A stretch of 64,000 nucleotides of DNA from a virus: positions 16,808-80,807 of the IMG/VR virus record IMGVR_UViG_3300042945_001784; one strand, given 5' to 3'. The position numbers were made by a program, and so were the translations under genes. The notes beneath the pieces are model-generated. The model was given only the letters and a program-made list of their open reading frames with translations, had not been told where the DNA came from and searched no databases. Of the stretch, positions 45,723-54,003 are shown in pieces; the stretch's first letter is position 1, and each line of letters starts with the position of its first letter.

Positions 45723-46143
45723 CGTTGATTGGTCCTCCATAGAGCCAGGCATCACAGGTCCTTGCTGCAGCACACTTAAACTTAAAGAGCTGGCAATAAC
45801 CTAAGTTGGAATGGTCTAAAACTTCGTAAGGATCTGCAGCACCGCTTTCATTGATTCCTTCAATGATGCAATCTAAGATTAAACCAGATTGATCAAAGGC
45901 AGCACAGTTACCACAACGTGCAGACATTACAGTTTCTACATCACTGTTCCACATGTCTGCTTTCTTTTCCCAAAACCCAGGGTCAGGTTCATCAGGATTC
46001 AAAGGACCATAAGCAAAGTTATCAATGGTCCAATTTCTATTTTTGATATTTTCTTTAATATCAGTTGTAGCACGAGGGCATGACTGTCCTACAGCAGTTG
46101 CAGTTTTACCAAGCAGTGCTTTTGCTTTGTAGTTTTCCATCAT
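45715..46143 (-). CDS. Cys-rich hypothetical protein
   Basis: YGPLNP...RCGNCAAF...GYC....FKC...RTCDAW. Confidence 0.7.
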   Translation of the reverse strand: MMENYKAKALLGKTATAVGQSCPRATTDIKENIKNRNWTIDNFAYGPLNPDEPDPGFWEKKADMWNSDVETVMSARCGNCAAFDQSGLILDCIIEGINESGAADPYEVLDHSNLGYCQLFKFKCAAARTCDAWLYGGPINDG

Positions 46144-46373
46144 CCTTTCTTCTTCTCATACTCATCTTTAGTCATCCACTTTTGCTCACCCCAACGCTTT
46201 AAAGATTTCTGTCCTTCTGTTTTTTCTCCTTTGTAACCGCCACCTTTCTTCTTGTATTCTTGCGCCAGGAGCTGAGCTTTTCGTGCACTCCACTGACCTG
46301 GCTTCCCTCCTTTGGAACCAGCCATGATGCGATCTTTAATGCGTTCACGCATTTCTGGTTTGGTATACGCCAT
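46140..46373 (-). CDS. DUF5872-like basic protein (N-terminal half)
   Basis: KGGKPGQWSARKAQLLAQEYKKKGGGY...SL..W..Q.W.TK. Confidence 0.7.
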   Translation of the reverse strand: MAYTKPEMRERIKDRIMAGSKGGKPGQWSARKAQLLAQEYKKKGGGYKGEKTEGQKSLKRWGEQKWMTKDEYEKKKG

Positions 46374-46654
46374 CAGAACTGATTTTGAATTGGTCTTTTA
46401 TTAAGAATAACAGGAGGCACTGCATCACTTGCAGAACGATCTACCTCACGCATGTAAGCAGGGTTGTTCAGCTGATACCGTGGATCATTGCTTCCGTTGT
46501 AACCTACAACATAAGAGCAAGGGCTGCTCTTCTCTTTTATCTGGGATTGAAATGGGTCAGCAAAACTAGCCGTAGTCATGCTGTAATCCTGATACATGTT
46601 GTTGTAATTAACAGGATAAGCAGAGCTATAACCAGGAACGTTTGCAAATCTCAT
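46373..46654 (-). CDS. Hypothetical protein
   Basis: Coupled 93-aa ORF. Confidence 0.55.
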   Translation of the reverse strand: MRFANVPGYSSAYPVNYNNMYQDYSMTTASFADPFQSQIKEKSSPCSYVVGYNGSNDPRYQLNNPAYMREVDRSASDAVPPVILNKRPIQNQF

Positions 46655-47304
46655 GCAAAGTAATTAGCTGTTGGTTGGCTTTGCATCATCTTAACTAAAC
46701 TGTTAACGGGAATAGTACTGCCAGATGGTTTAACCATCTTTGAAATATAGTTTTTTAAATACTGCTCACGACTTTGTTGTTCTTCTGCCTTGTTTCCAGT
46801 TTGAATAACAATGTTAATTGACTGTGGAGAATCAGTAGAAGATGGTTGTTGAGCAGGTTGAATTTGTGGAGTTTGTTGTCCACCTAAAGATGCTTCTTGT
46901 CCGCCTTTAGTATGTAGTAGCTCAATTTCGTAACCTTCTGGTGTTTGAATAGTTCCTAAACCTTTACCTGGTTTAAAAGCACCTGCACCTTTCCAGTACA
47001 ACGGAGTGCCGCCAGGAACACCAAAGTCAATTCCTTTGTGATAGGTTGAAGCTCCAGCGGTAGGTGCAGACCGTGGACCAAACCCAGAGGTAATAGGGAA
47101 CGCTGGTTTAAACCCGTCTTTTGTTTGCTGGTAAAGGGGAGTTTTTGCCTCCCCAATTACTAAGTTTTGCAGGCCACTGCGCCATGTGCTGGGGTCAATG
47201 TACTGTCCACCTTTTTTAACACGGACATCAAGGTGAGGTCCGGTTGTTGGAAAAATATCTTCTCCAGGTTTAGCAACGTAGCCAGTATGGATAATGCCTG
47301 CCAT
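46651..47304 (-). CDS. M23-family peptidase-like protein, circularly permuted
   Basis: TGPHLDVRV...YIDP precedes ITSGFGPR...HKGIDFG..GTP...LLH. Confidence 0.7.
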   Translation of the reverse strand: MAGIIHTGYVAKPGEDIFPTTGPHLDVRVKKGGQYIDPSTWRSGLQNLVIGEAKTPLYQQTKDGFKPAFPITSGFGPRSAPTAGASTYHKGIDFGVPGGTPLYWKGAGAFKPGKGLGTIQTPEGYEIELLHTKGGQEASLGGQQTPQIQPAQQPSSTDSPQSINIVIQTGNKAEEQQSREQYLKNYISKMVKPSGSTIPVNSLVKMMQSQPTANYFA

Positions 47305-47306
47305 AA

Positions 47307-48032
47307 CTATGCGAAGTAATTAGTAGGCTCTGTTTTGACCATCTGTTGCGCCAACTCCATTGGAGATGGAATAGATGAGCGCCTATTCTTTTGATATTCT
47401 AATAGGAAACTTAAAGGATCACTACTTGCTGTTGAGGAAGCCTTAGCTCCATCGGCAATAATGATGTTAATGTTTGGCATTCCTGCCTGTTGCTGTTGCT
47501 GTTGCTGTTGTTGAGGTGGTTGGCTAGCAACACTTCCTGGCCCAACTTTTTGTTTTTGTTGCTCGTAGTATTGATACAGGTCACCGAGTTTTTTAAAAGG
47601 TTGCCCATAGTAACTTCCTCCACTAGATGTTGGCAATGCAGCCCACTCTGGAGCAAGCTTGTTAAGAACAGTTCCAAATTTTTCTCCTTTTAGGAAGGGG
47701 TCTAATGCGCCTCGCTTTTTATCAATCAAATAAAGAGCAGCAAGGTCTTGAGATTTAGGGCTAAAGTCAGGTAAGCCTAAAGCTTTTGAGGTGTCCTGCC
47801 ATGTTCCAGGCATGAACTGATAAGCACCAGCAGCAGCACTGTCGTATTTACCGCTGCTAATAACTTTATCTGGATGTTTCCATCCTTTGGATGTGTCAAA
47901 TTTGCCACCACCAAACATGGTTTGGTAGCCGGTTTCTCCTGGTGTACCCTCTGCGTAACGGATGGTATTGAGCAGAGCACGTACCTGAGGACGTTGAAGC
48001 AGTTCTTCGTAGCGTTGGCGCAGATCTGACAT
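47307..48032 (-). CDS. Lambda-type lysozyme / lytic transglycosylase (GH104)
   Basis: ALLNTIRYAEGT, AAGAYQF...TW, FSP.SQD.AA..LI, EWAALP; poly-Q linker. Confidence 0.85.
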   Translation of the reverse strand: MSDLRQRYEELLQRPQVRALLNTIRYAEGTPGETGYQTMFGGGKFDTSKGWKHPDKVISSGKYDSAAAGAYQFMPGTWQDTSKALGLPDFSPKSQDLAALYLIDKKRGALDPFLKGEKFGTVLNKLAPEWAALPTSSGGSYYGQPFKKLGDLYQYYEQQKQKVGPGSVASQPPQQQQQQQQQAGMPNINIIIADGAKASSTASSDPLSFLLEYQKNRRSSIPSPMELAQQMVKTEPTNYFA

Positions 48033-48036
48033 GGCT

Positions 48037-48516
48037 TTACCGGAGGTTGTACTCGTAGTAGAAGCGGGTACCGATGGCTGTGTCGGCAGGTCCTGGTAAA
48101 GCTTGAATAAATTCGGCGCCTTCACGCTCGAAGCGATAACGGGCTTGCATAGGATTCCTATAGTTAGCCACGTATAAATGAAGAGCTAATCTGTCAGTTT
48201 CATAAAGATAAATCTCTGTCCAGGTTTTAAGTGTTTCTTTGAAATCAGTCGTTGTGATAGTACGGTCAACATCACCAGCGATGTTTTCTAACCGGTTACG
48301 TGGAACTGAATTATTATTCACACTACCTGTCATATCGGTGCGCTTCTCCGCCTCATCGCACCGAGTGACTTGTTCGACCAATTTCGCGTACCAGAAAGAA
48401 TCTGGTACATTGTTCAAAGCTTCCTCAAGCCTAGCAAGATCACCAGCAGGAATAGATGTGGTGTTATATCCTAGGTGCCAACGGATCTTTGACTTGAGGA
48501 AGTTATCAAGTTGCAT
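48037..48516 (-). CDS. Probable head-completion protein
   Basis: Downstream of the capsid genes; 'KIRWHLGY' N-terminus. Confidence 0.5.
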   Translation of the reverse strand: MQLDNFLKSKIRWHLGYNTTSIPAGDLARLEEALNNVPDSFWYAKLVEQVTRCDEAEKRTDMTGSVNNNSVPRNRLENIAGDVDRTITTTDFKETLKTWTEIYLYETDRLALHLYVANYRNPMQARYRFEREGAEFIQALPGPADTAIGTRFYYEYNLR

Positions 48517-48956
48517 TATTCAACTCGAATAAGATTTTCTTTGATAATTTCATCCCAATCAACACGCTTAATAGCTTTAAGTTGATCTAAACGGACGAAC
48601 TTTTCGCCGGGCATTGAGGTTTGTAAATCCTTAATATCCCGTGCTGTTTTCAATCCTACTCCAGGTAAATGGTCTGCAATCTGTCTAGCACTCGCAGTAT
48701 TGAGATTAATGCGAGTATCTAGTGGGAAAGTTTCCTTTTTAGTAGGAATGGGAGGGTTGACGCCTTCTTCTTTGAGCTGCTCAGTGAGGCGTTCTTCCGT
48801 CCGATCCTTTTCATTGGTAGCACCAATGTGCGGAATCAAATCATCGCGTTCGATGTACAGAACTTCATCCTGTGCATCAATACACATCATGATTCCATCA
48901 CCGTGGTGAGAAATCATTTCAACGAGTTGACCAGTTGGTTTGTATTGGTAGAGCAT
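48516..48956 (-). CDS. Helix-hairpin-helix DNA-binding protein
   Basis: INLNTAS...LPGVGLKTARDI (ComEA-like HhH). Confidence 0.75.
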   Translation of the reverse strand: MLYQYKPTGQLVEMISHHGDGIMMCIDAQDEVLYIERDDLIPHIGATNEKDRTEERLTEQLKEEGVNPPIPTKKETFPLDTRINLNTASARQIADHLPGVGLKTARDIKDLQTSMPGEKFVRLDQLKAIKRVDWDEIIKENLIRVE

Positions 48957-49016
48957 TCAAGAAGAGATGACAACTACCAATACAATACCAACCTCAACTC
49001 AGCTAATCAATATAGA

Positions 49017-49835
49017 TCAGCTATCAGTGCCACCCACCTGAGAAGCAAAATCAATGAACTCATTGATATCTTCCCAAGCCACAGCAGCAGCAGGACGCAG
49101 ATAGTTAACGCGGCAAAGGATGTAACCAGCCTTGCCAGCATCTTTATCGGTCGAGCTGATGAACACACCGTCACCGTCCACAGTGGTGGAGGTCACAGCG
49201 TTCACGTTGAACACCTTGAAGGTGGTATCTGCAGTAACGCGATAGAACATCGAGTTGGCAAAGTCAGCCGCCACGATGCCTGCTGTCGTCACAGCAGAAG
49301 TGAAGGGCAGGTCAGCAATCGTGGTGTCGCTCAGACCCTGAGCAAACAGGGAGCTGGTTGCAGACACAATGGAGCTAGCAGCAGCCAGACCATTAGCTTG
49401 AGTCGAAGGAACACCGAATGGAGAACCACCGTTGTTAGGACCAAGCAGCAGACCTTCGGTGGAGGTGCCACCGATTGCACAAGTCACAGGGGAGGCAGGA
49501 AAACCAGCCAGACCACCAGCAGGGAGGTCCTGAGCAATGGCGATAGAAGCGCCATAGATGTAAGCAGGACGATCAGAGCTGGCTTGCACCACAAGGGAGG
49601 TGCGATTGTCACGCACCCGGTCGTCAGGACGACGATCAGGAGAGGGGACAATAATGTCAAAGCTCTTGAAGTTAGCTTTATCGGCAGCAAGGTTATCAAC
49701 CTTGGCATAACCAATCAGCTCAAAAGCTTCGACGCCAGGCCAACCATAAACACCTTCGGTGTTATAGGAGGAGAGGCGGTTAATTTGATTACCGGGTTGC
49801 AGAATTGCACCGGCTTCTTCTTTGTAAGCAGCCAT
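49017..49835 (-). CDS. Probable capsid decoration / minor capsid protein
   Basis: Immediately after the major capsid gene, GGAGG RBS, strong codon bias. Confidence 0.55.
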   Translation of the reverse strand: MAAYKEEAGAILQPGNQINRLSSYNTEGVYGWPGVEAFELIGYAKVDNLAADKANFKSFDIIVPSPDRRPDDRVRDNRTSLVVQASSDRPAYIYGASIAIAQDLPAGGLAGFPASPVTCAIGGTSTEGLLLGPNNGGSPFGVPSTQANGLAAASSIVSATSSLFAQGLSDTTIADLPFTSAVTTAGIVAADFANSMFYRVTADTTFKVFNVNAVTSTTVDGDGVFISSTDKDAGKAGYILCRVNYLRPAAAVAWEDINEFIDFASQVGGTDS

Positions 49836-49853
49836 TGTTAATTACCTCCTTCC

Positions 49854-50996
49854 TCAAACGATGGTGAAAGCAGTGGTAACAAAGTCCTTGTTCAGGTTGG
49901 CAAAGCCAGCGTACAGCTGCCAAATCAGGATGATAAAGCGGCTGAAGTCATCGTTGTTGTTGATGAGCACCTGAGCATTAGGACCACCGATACCGACGCC
50001 CACGGCCTGAGGACCGAAGAACAGTGCAGGAGGAGTGTCGTGAGAAACAGCACCAGCGCCATCACCGATGTCAACGGTGATGGTTTTGGAGGGGAAGTTG
50101 GTGGACTCGAAGAAACGCACACCTTCAAACACGAAGCCAGAAGGCATGGTGGGCTCACCACCAACAAATTGAGCTTGGCCGTACTGACCGCCACCATAGA
50201 TAGCAGCGTTGGGGTTCATACCGCTCATCAGCGGGTTACCACCAGCAAAGCCAGGATAACGAGCCACTTCACGGAAGCCCTGATCAGCACGCAGATCCTT
50301 CATGAAAGAGGGATCAGCAATACAACGGTAGTAACCGTCAGCAAACACGGGGACGTTACGCTTGCGGAGGCTCTTCACCACTTCAAGCAGGTCGGTCTTC
50401 ACGTTGAACTTATAACGCTCAGAGGCATACTCAGTAGCGGTGTAAGCAGTCAGCGTGGTAGCGCCAGTCTTTGCTTTGTTGTTGGGGTAGTAGTAACCAC
50501 CCTGGGTGTCGGAGGACTGACCACGGGACTCGGACTTGAACAGTTCGTCCAGGAACACACGGTCGCGCCAGCGGCGATAGTCATCCAGCAGGGTCAGCGA
50601 ACCGATGGACTGGTGGAACATGTTGAGGTTCCCGGTGTCCAGCAGCAGACGCTGAGCGGTCATCAGAGTCTCACGAGCAATCTTGAAGGTGCTCGGGAGG
50701 TTAGCGTTGTTCGGATCTGCAGGACCGGTGTACTCACGGAGAGACACCAGCACCTTGTCCTTAACGATGGACCGGCTGTTAGCAGTACCGATGGTTTGAT
50801 CCTGGGTACGCTCACGGTTGGTCTTGGTACCAGGGTTACCCCAGAAGCGGTACCGGTCTAACTGAACCGTTTGGCCGGGCTGTTTGGTGAAGTCGTGGAC
50901 GACAACAGGCTCGCAAGCCATTTCCACGATGTAAGCTGGATGGGGGCGGTACAGCTCCGCACCCAACAGCTTGGGAAAGTCGTTATCAATAAACAT
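49854..50996 (-). CDS. Major capsid protein
   Basis: 380 aa with strongly biased codons; PGQTVQ..RY, YYRCIADP, G.FEGVRFFES, FFGPQAVG; position after portal and scaffold. Confidence 0.75.
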   Translation of the reverse strand: MFIDNDFPKLLGAELYRPHPAYIVEMACEPVVVHDFTKQPGQTVQLDRYRFWGNPGTKTNRERTQDQTIGTANSRSIVKDKVLVSLREYTGPADPNNANLPSTFKIARETLMTAQRLLLDTGNLNMFHQSIGSLTLLDDYRRWRDRVFLDELFKSESRGQSSDTQGGYYYPNNKAKTGATTLTAYTATEYASERYKFNVKTDLLEVVKSLRKRNVPVFADGYYRCIADPSFMKDLRADQGFREVARYPGFAGGNPLMSGMNPNAAIYGGGQYGQAQFVGGEPTMPSGFVFEGVRFFESTNFPSKTITVDIGDGAGAVSHDTPPALFFGPQAVGVGIGGPNAQVLINNNDDFSRFIILIWQLYAGFANLNKDFVTTAFTIV

Positions 50997-51130
50997 GTTG
51001 GTTATTCAGCGTAGTTTTAGCTGACACCGGAGATCCAGAAAGATCCCTGACTTGTGGCAAAGAACCACGGTAAATCTGGGAACTTCCGCCCCATTAATAA
51101 AATTATAGCAATACTTACTTATTGGCTTTA

Positions 51131-51799
51131 TTAATTTTGGCCCATTTCCTGGACAAAAGAACGTAAAAACCTACCTGCAGCAAGGCCACCAAGGGCTGTA
51201 GCTGCCGGAGCTATTACATAACCTGCAGCTTGTAAAGTACCAGGGACAGCAGATACTGGATAACCAGATTGATTAAGAAGATTAGTTCCCCGCCTACTTG
51301 CTTCAATCTCAGTAACAATACGTCCGCTGTGGTTGAGATAGTTCATCCCTAAAGCAAGAGAGGCAGCACGACGAACTGATGGAACAGCAGCTGCTGCACC
51401 AATAGTGGCGAGTCCCATTACATTAGGATTAATGCCAGCATAAGTGTGTCTTTGAATCCACTGAGGTAGTCCACCTGCATCTTCAATAGATTGGTGACCT
51501 AACTCATGACCAAGAGTAAACTTACTTGCAGCATACTGATTCAAGGAAATTGTTTTTTCTCCTTTCCTTACACTCCTTCCGTAGGGATCAGTATTGCCAA
51601 CAATCTCAGGGGTAACTCCTGTTTGTTTTGTATATTCTCCAACAATCTGATTAAGTGCTGGCTGCTCAAATGCAGTACCAGTTTCTTGCATTCCACGTTG
51701 TCGATATTGTTTAACAGATTGACGTTGCAAAGCGCGTGCGCCAGCCATGCCAGCTAGTGCAATTCCACTTTGCAATGCAGATTGTTCAGATTGGTTCAC
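51131..51799 (-). CDS. Zinc metallopeptidase-like protein
   Basis: TLGHELGH ... EIEASRRG..LL. Confidence 0.6.
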   Translation of the reverse strand: MNQSEQSALQSGIALAGMAGARALQRQSVKQYRQRGMQETGTAFEQPALNQIVGEYTKQTGVTPEIVGNTDPYGRSVRKGEKTISLNQYAASKFTLGHELGHQSIEDAGGLPQWIQRHTYAGINPNVMGLATIGAAAAVPSVRRAASLALGMNYLNHSGRIVTEIEASRRGTNLLNQSGYPVSAVPGTLQAAGYVIAPAATALGGLAAGRFLRSFVQEMGQN

Positions 51800-52005
51800 T
51801 CAGGATCAAAATAAGGTTGAACAGATTGATACCCACCTGTTTTATTTCCGTAGTTATAAGTTGTTGGAGGGAGTGGACCAATGCGGCCATAAGGGTTATG
51901 GTCTGCAGGTTGTAGTGTGCTTTGCCCACCAAAAACTTCTGGATTCATTTGAGCAATAAACATTTCTAAATGTTCTTTTGCTTCTGGTTTTGTTTTCTTA
52001 GCCAT
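51796..52005 (-). CDS. Hypothetical protein
   Basis: Coupled ORF. Confidence 0.5.
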   Translation of the reverse strand: MAKKTKPEAKEHLEMFIAQMNPEVFGGQSTLQPADHNPYGRIGPLPPTTYNYGNKTGGYQSVQPYFDPE

Positions 52006-52562
52006 TAGGATTCCTTGTTAGAGTTAGAAGTGTAAATAGGTTCAGGACCCATTGCAGCACGCAATAAATGTTGCCGTTGTTGTGCACTTTTTACATCATA
52101 AGAAAGACGTAATTGTTGTGTACCTAAAGGAGAGCCAAGTTGATTTAACGCAATGTAACTTGTTTGTAAATCAGCGGGCATTGGACTATCTCCCATTTGT
52201 CCTGGTTGAGCCATTGTACGGCTGCGTGGATCACTTGCTTGAAAAGCAATTAGAGAATTAATTCCTGCATTAGCACCCATGCCTCCAACAAAAGCACCGG
52301 TCATAGCAGCACCTGCAGCAGCAAGGCCTAAATCACGTTTTTTAATTGAACCTTGAGTTCCAACAGAAGAACCAAATTGCTGAGCTTGACCGCCAATGTT
52401 TTGTAAAAATTGTCCAACTTTTTTACCAACTCCGCTACCGGCAGATTCTGCAGCTTGCATACCTGCTTTTGCAACTTGAGCACCTTTCTGTTCAATGCCG
52501 CGTGCAATGCCGCCACCTAAGTAGCTAGCTGCAGTGCGTGCAGAATCTGGAAGCATTGCCAT
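52005..52562 (-). CDS. Gly/Ala-rich probable internal virion protein
   Basis: Glycine-zipper-like segment. Confidence 0.55.
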   Translation of the reverse strand: MAMLPDSARTAASYLGGGIARGIEQKGAQVAKAGMQAAESAGSGVGKKVGQFLQNIGGQAQQFGSSVGTQGSIKKRDLGLAAAGAAMTGAFVGGMGANAGINSLIAFQASDPRSRTMAQPGQMGDSPMPADLQTSYIALNQLGSPLGTQQLRLSYDVKSAQQRQHLLRAAMGPEPIYTSNSNKES

Positions 52563-52601
52563 ATCTAAAAAGCTGAAACGGTAATTAATTTCATTCTAGT
52601 T

Positions 52602-52976
52602 TTACTGCATACGCACGTTTGTTTGATATGGATTAATCATTTGTGGATTTTGCATAAGTTGATAAGCTGCTTGAGCTGCTTCTGGATCTGGATATACAAG
52701 CTGACCTCCTTGTGTTACAACTCCTGCTCCTATTGCACCCAATGTTTGTAAATTCTGAATTGCAGCATCTTTAGCCCGTTCACGCCCTGCAGCATGTCCT
52801 TGTCCATAAGCAATACCCGCAAGAGGATTAAGCATCAATCCGTAACCTAAAGTTCCACCCATACCTCCTTTTGTTGGATCAGCATAGCCTGCTTTCTCTC
52901 CATGAATTCTTGCAACAATTGCAGGAACACCAAGACCTAATGCAGCACCCGCTAATCTAAAACCCGGAGATAACAT
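52602..52976 (-). CDS. Gly/Ala-rich probable internal virion protein
   Basis: Start MLSPG immediately after a terminator hairpin. Confidence 0.5.
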   Translation of the reverse strand: MLSPGFRLAGAALGLGVPAIVARIHGEKAGYADPTKGGMGGTLGYGLMLNPLAGIAYGQGHAAGRERAKDAAIQNLQTLGAIGAGVVTQGGQLVYPDPEAAQAAYQLMQNPQMINPYQTNVRMQ

Positions 52977-52985
52977 TGCAGAAAT

Positions 52986-53014
52986 AAAAAAAGGGGCAGT
53001 AATCACTACCCCTT
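52986..53014 (-). terminator. Rho-independent terminator after the scaffold gene
   Basis: On the - strand AAGGGGTAGT-GATT-ACTGCCCCTT-TTTTT. Confidence 0.75.
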
Positions 53015-53040
53015 ATTCTAAACTCAATTGTTTTTAAAGA

Positions 53041-54003
53041 TCACTCCATGACAAGGAGTTTCTGGCGGAAGACACCAGGATTGCGTTGAGCTTGCGAAAG
53101 ATAGCGCCAGGCATTAGCAGGATCACGATCTGCAACAGTGCCAAAATTATCCCAGAAATTCCGAGAATCCATATCTAGTTGAGGGCTTGGCGGAACCGGC
53201 ATACTTGCTCGCTCCAGGTTTGGAGTGTAGTACTCAGGTTCTGCATAAGCTTGTTGATAAGCTTGTTGCCCATCTTGAACTGGGTAAGGACCGTTTTCAC
53301 CAAAGAACTCACAAGTGTAATCAGCAAGTACGTCAGGATCAGTCAAGATCTTTTCGTAAGCTTGATGTTCTTGTGCCAGTTCTTCTAACAGTTGAACAGC
53401 TTCTGATAGTTGCTCATAACGAGCAATCAAAGCATCTTCAACAGTGCAAGCGTAATCGTTAAGAACAGCAGGTGCATCGGCACCAAAGTGGTCAATGACC
53501 TCAAGACTTTGAGGACTTACCCCGTTTGCGAGGAGCTGTTGTGTTGTTATTTCCTGCGATGTTGGGGAATAACTGGGCGAGTAACCCTGGCTGGACGGAT
53601 AAATCGGGGCTGCCGAATTGCTGCTGAATGTTCCGGTCTGTTGGGAACTGAAGCTGGCCGGGTCGATTCCCTGCGTCGGTGCGGACTGTTGACCCTGGAA
53701 CGGGAATTGAACTGGTGAACTCAGGAGCGACACCACCCGATTGAACGCTTCCTTGTACGGGTTCTCCGCTGAAGGTTGGGCTGGCTGGTACGATTGGATA
53801 GGGGCGTACGGGGCTGCCGAAATTTGCGCCTGCATCTGGGGTGCCGGTGCCTGGGCCGGCTGGTAAGGCGCCACCCACTGGCTGGTTGTTGCCACCGGAG
53901 CTTGCGCTGCCGTCTGTTGTGCTACCGGCGCCGCGTAGCTGCTCGGCGGGGTCGAATACTGTTGGGGTACCGATTGGATCGGCGCTGCGGTATCGGCCTG
54001 CAT
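53041..54003 (-). CDS. Probable capsid scaffolding protein
   Basis: Pro/Gln/Ala-rich N-terminus, acidic coiled coil; between portal and major capsid genes; AGAGGT RBS. Confidence 0.55.
   Translation of the reverse strand: MQADTAAPIQSVPQQYSTPPSSYAAPVAQQTAAQAPVATTSQWVAPYQPAQAPAPQMQAQISAAPYAPIQSYQPAQPSAENPYKEAFNRVVSLLSSPVQFPFQGQQSAPTQGIDPASFSSQQTGTFSSNSAAPIYPSSQGYSPSYSPTSQEITTQQLLANGVSPQSLEVIDHFGADAPAVLNDYACTVEDALIARYEQLSEAVQLLEELAQEHQAYEKILTDPDVLADYTCEFFGENGPYPVQDGQQAYQQAYAEPEYYTPNLERASMPVPPSPQLDMDSRNFWDNFGTVADRDPANAWRYLSQAQRNPGVFRQKLLVME

Noticed and set aside
47485-47515. (CAA/CAG)n repeat as a phase-variation tract
   Set aside because: It is an in-frame poly-Gln linker; unit changes would not shift the frame.
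48828-50861. Long + strand ORFs (337 aa and 273 aa) opposite the capsid genes
   Set aside because: Antisense shadows produced by biased codon usage of highly expressed structural genes.
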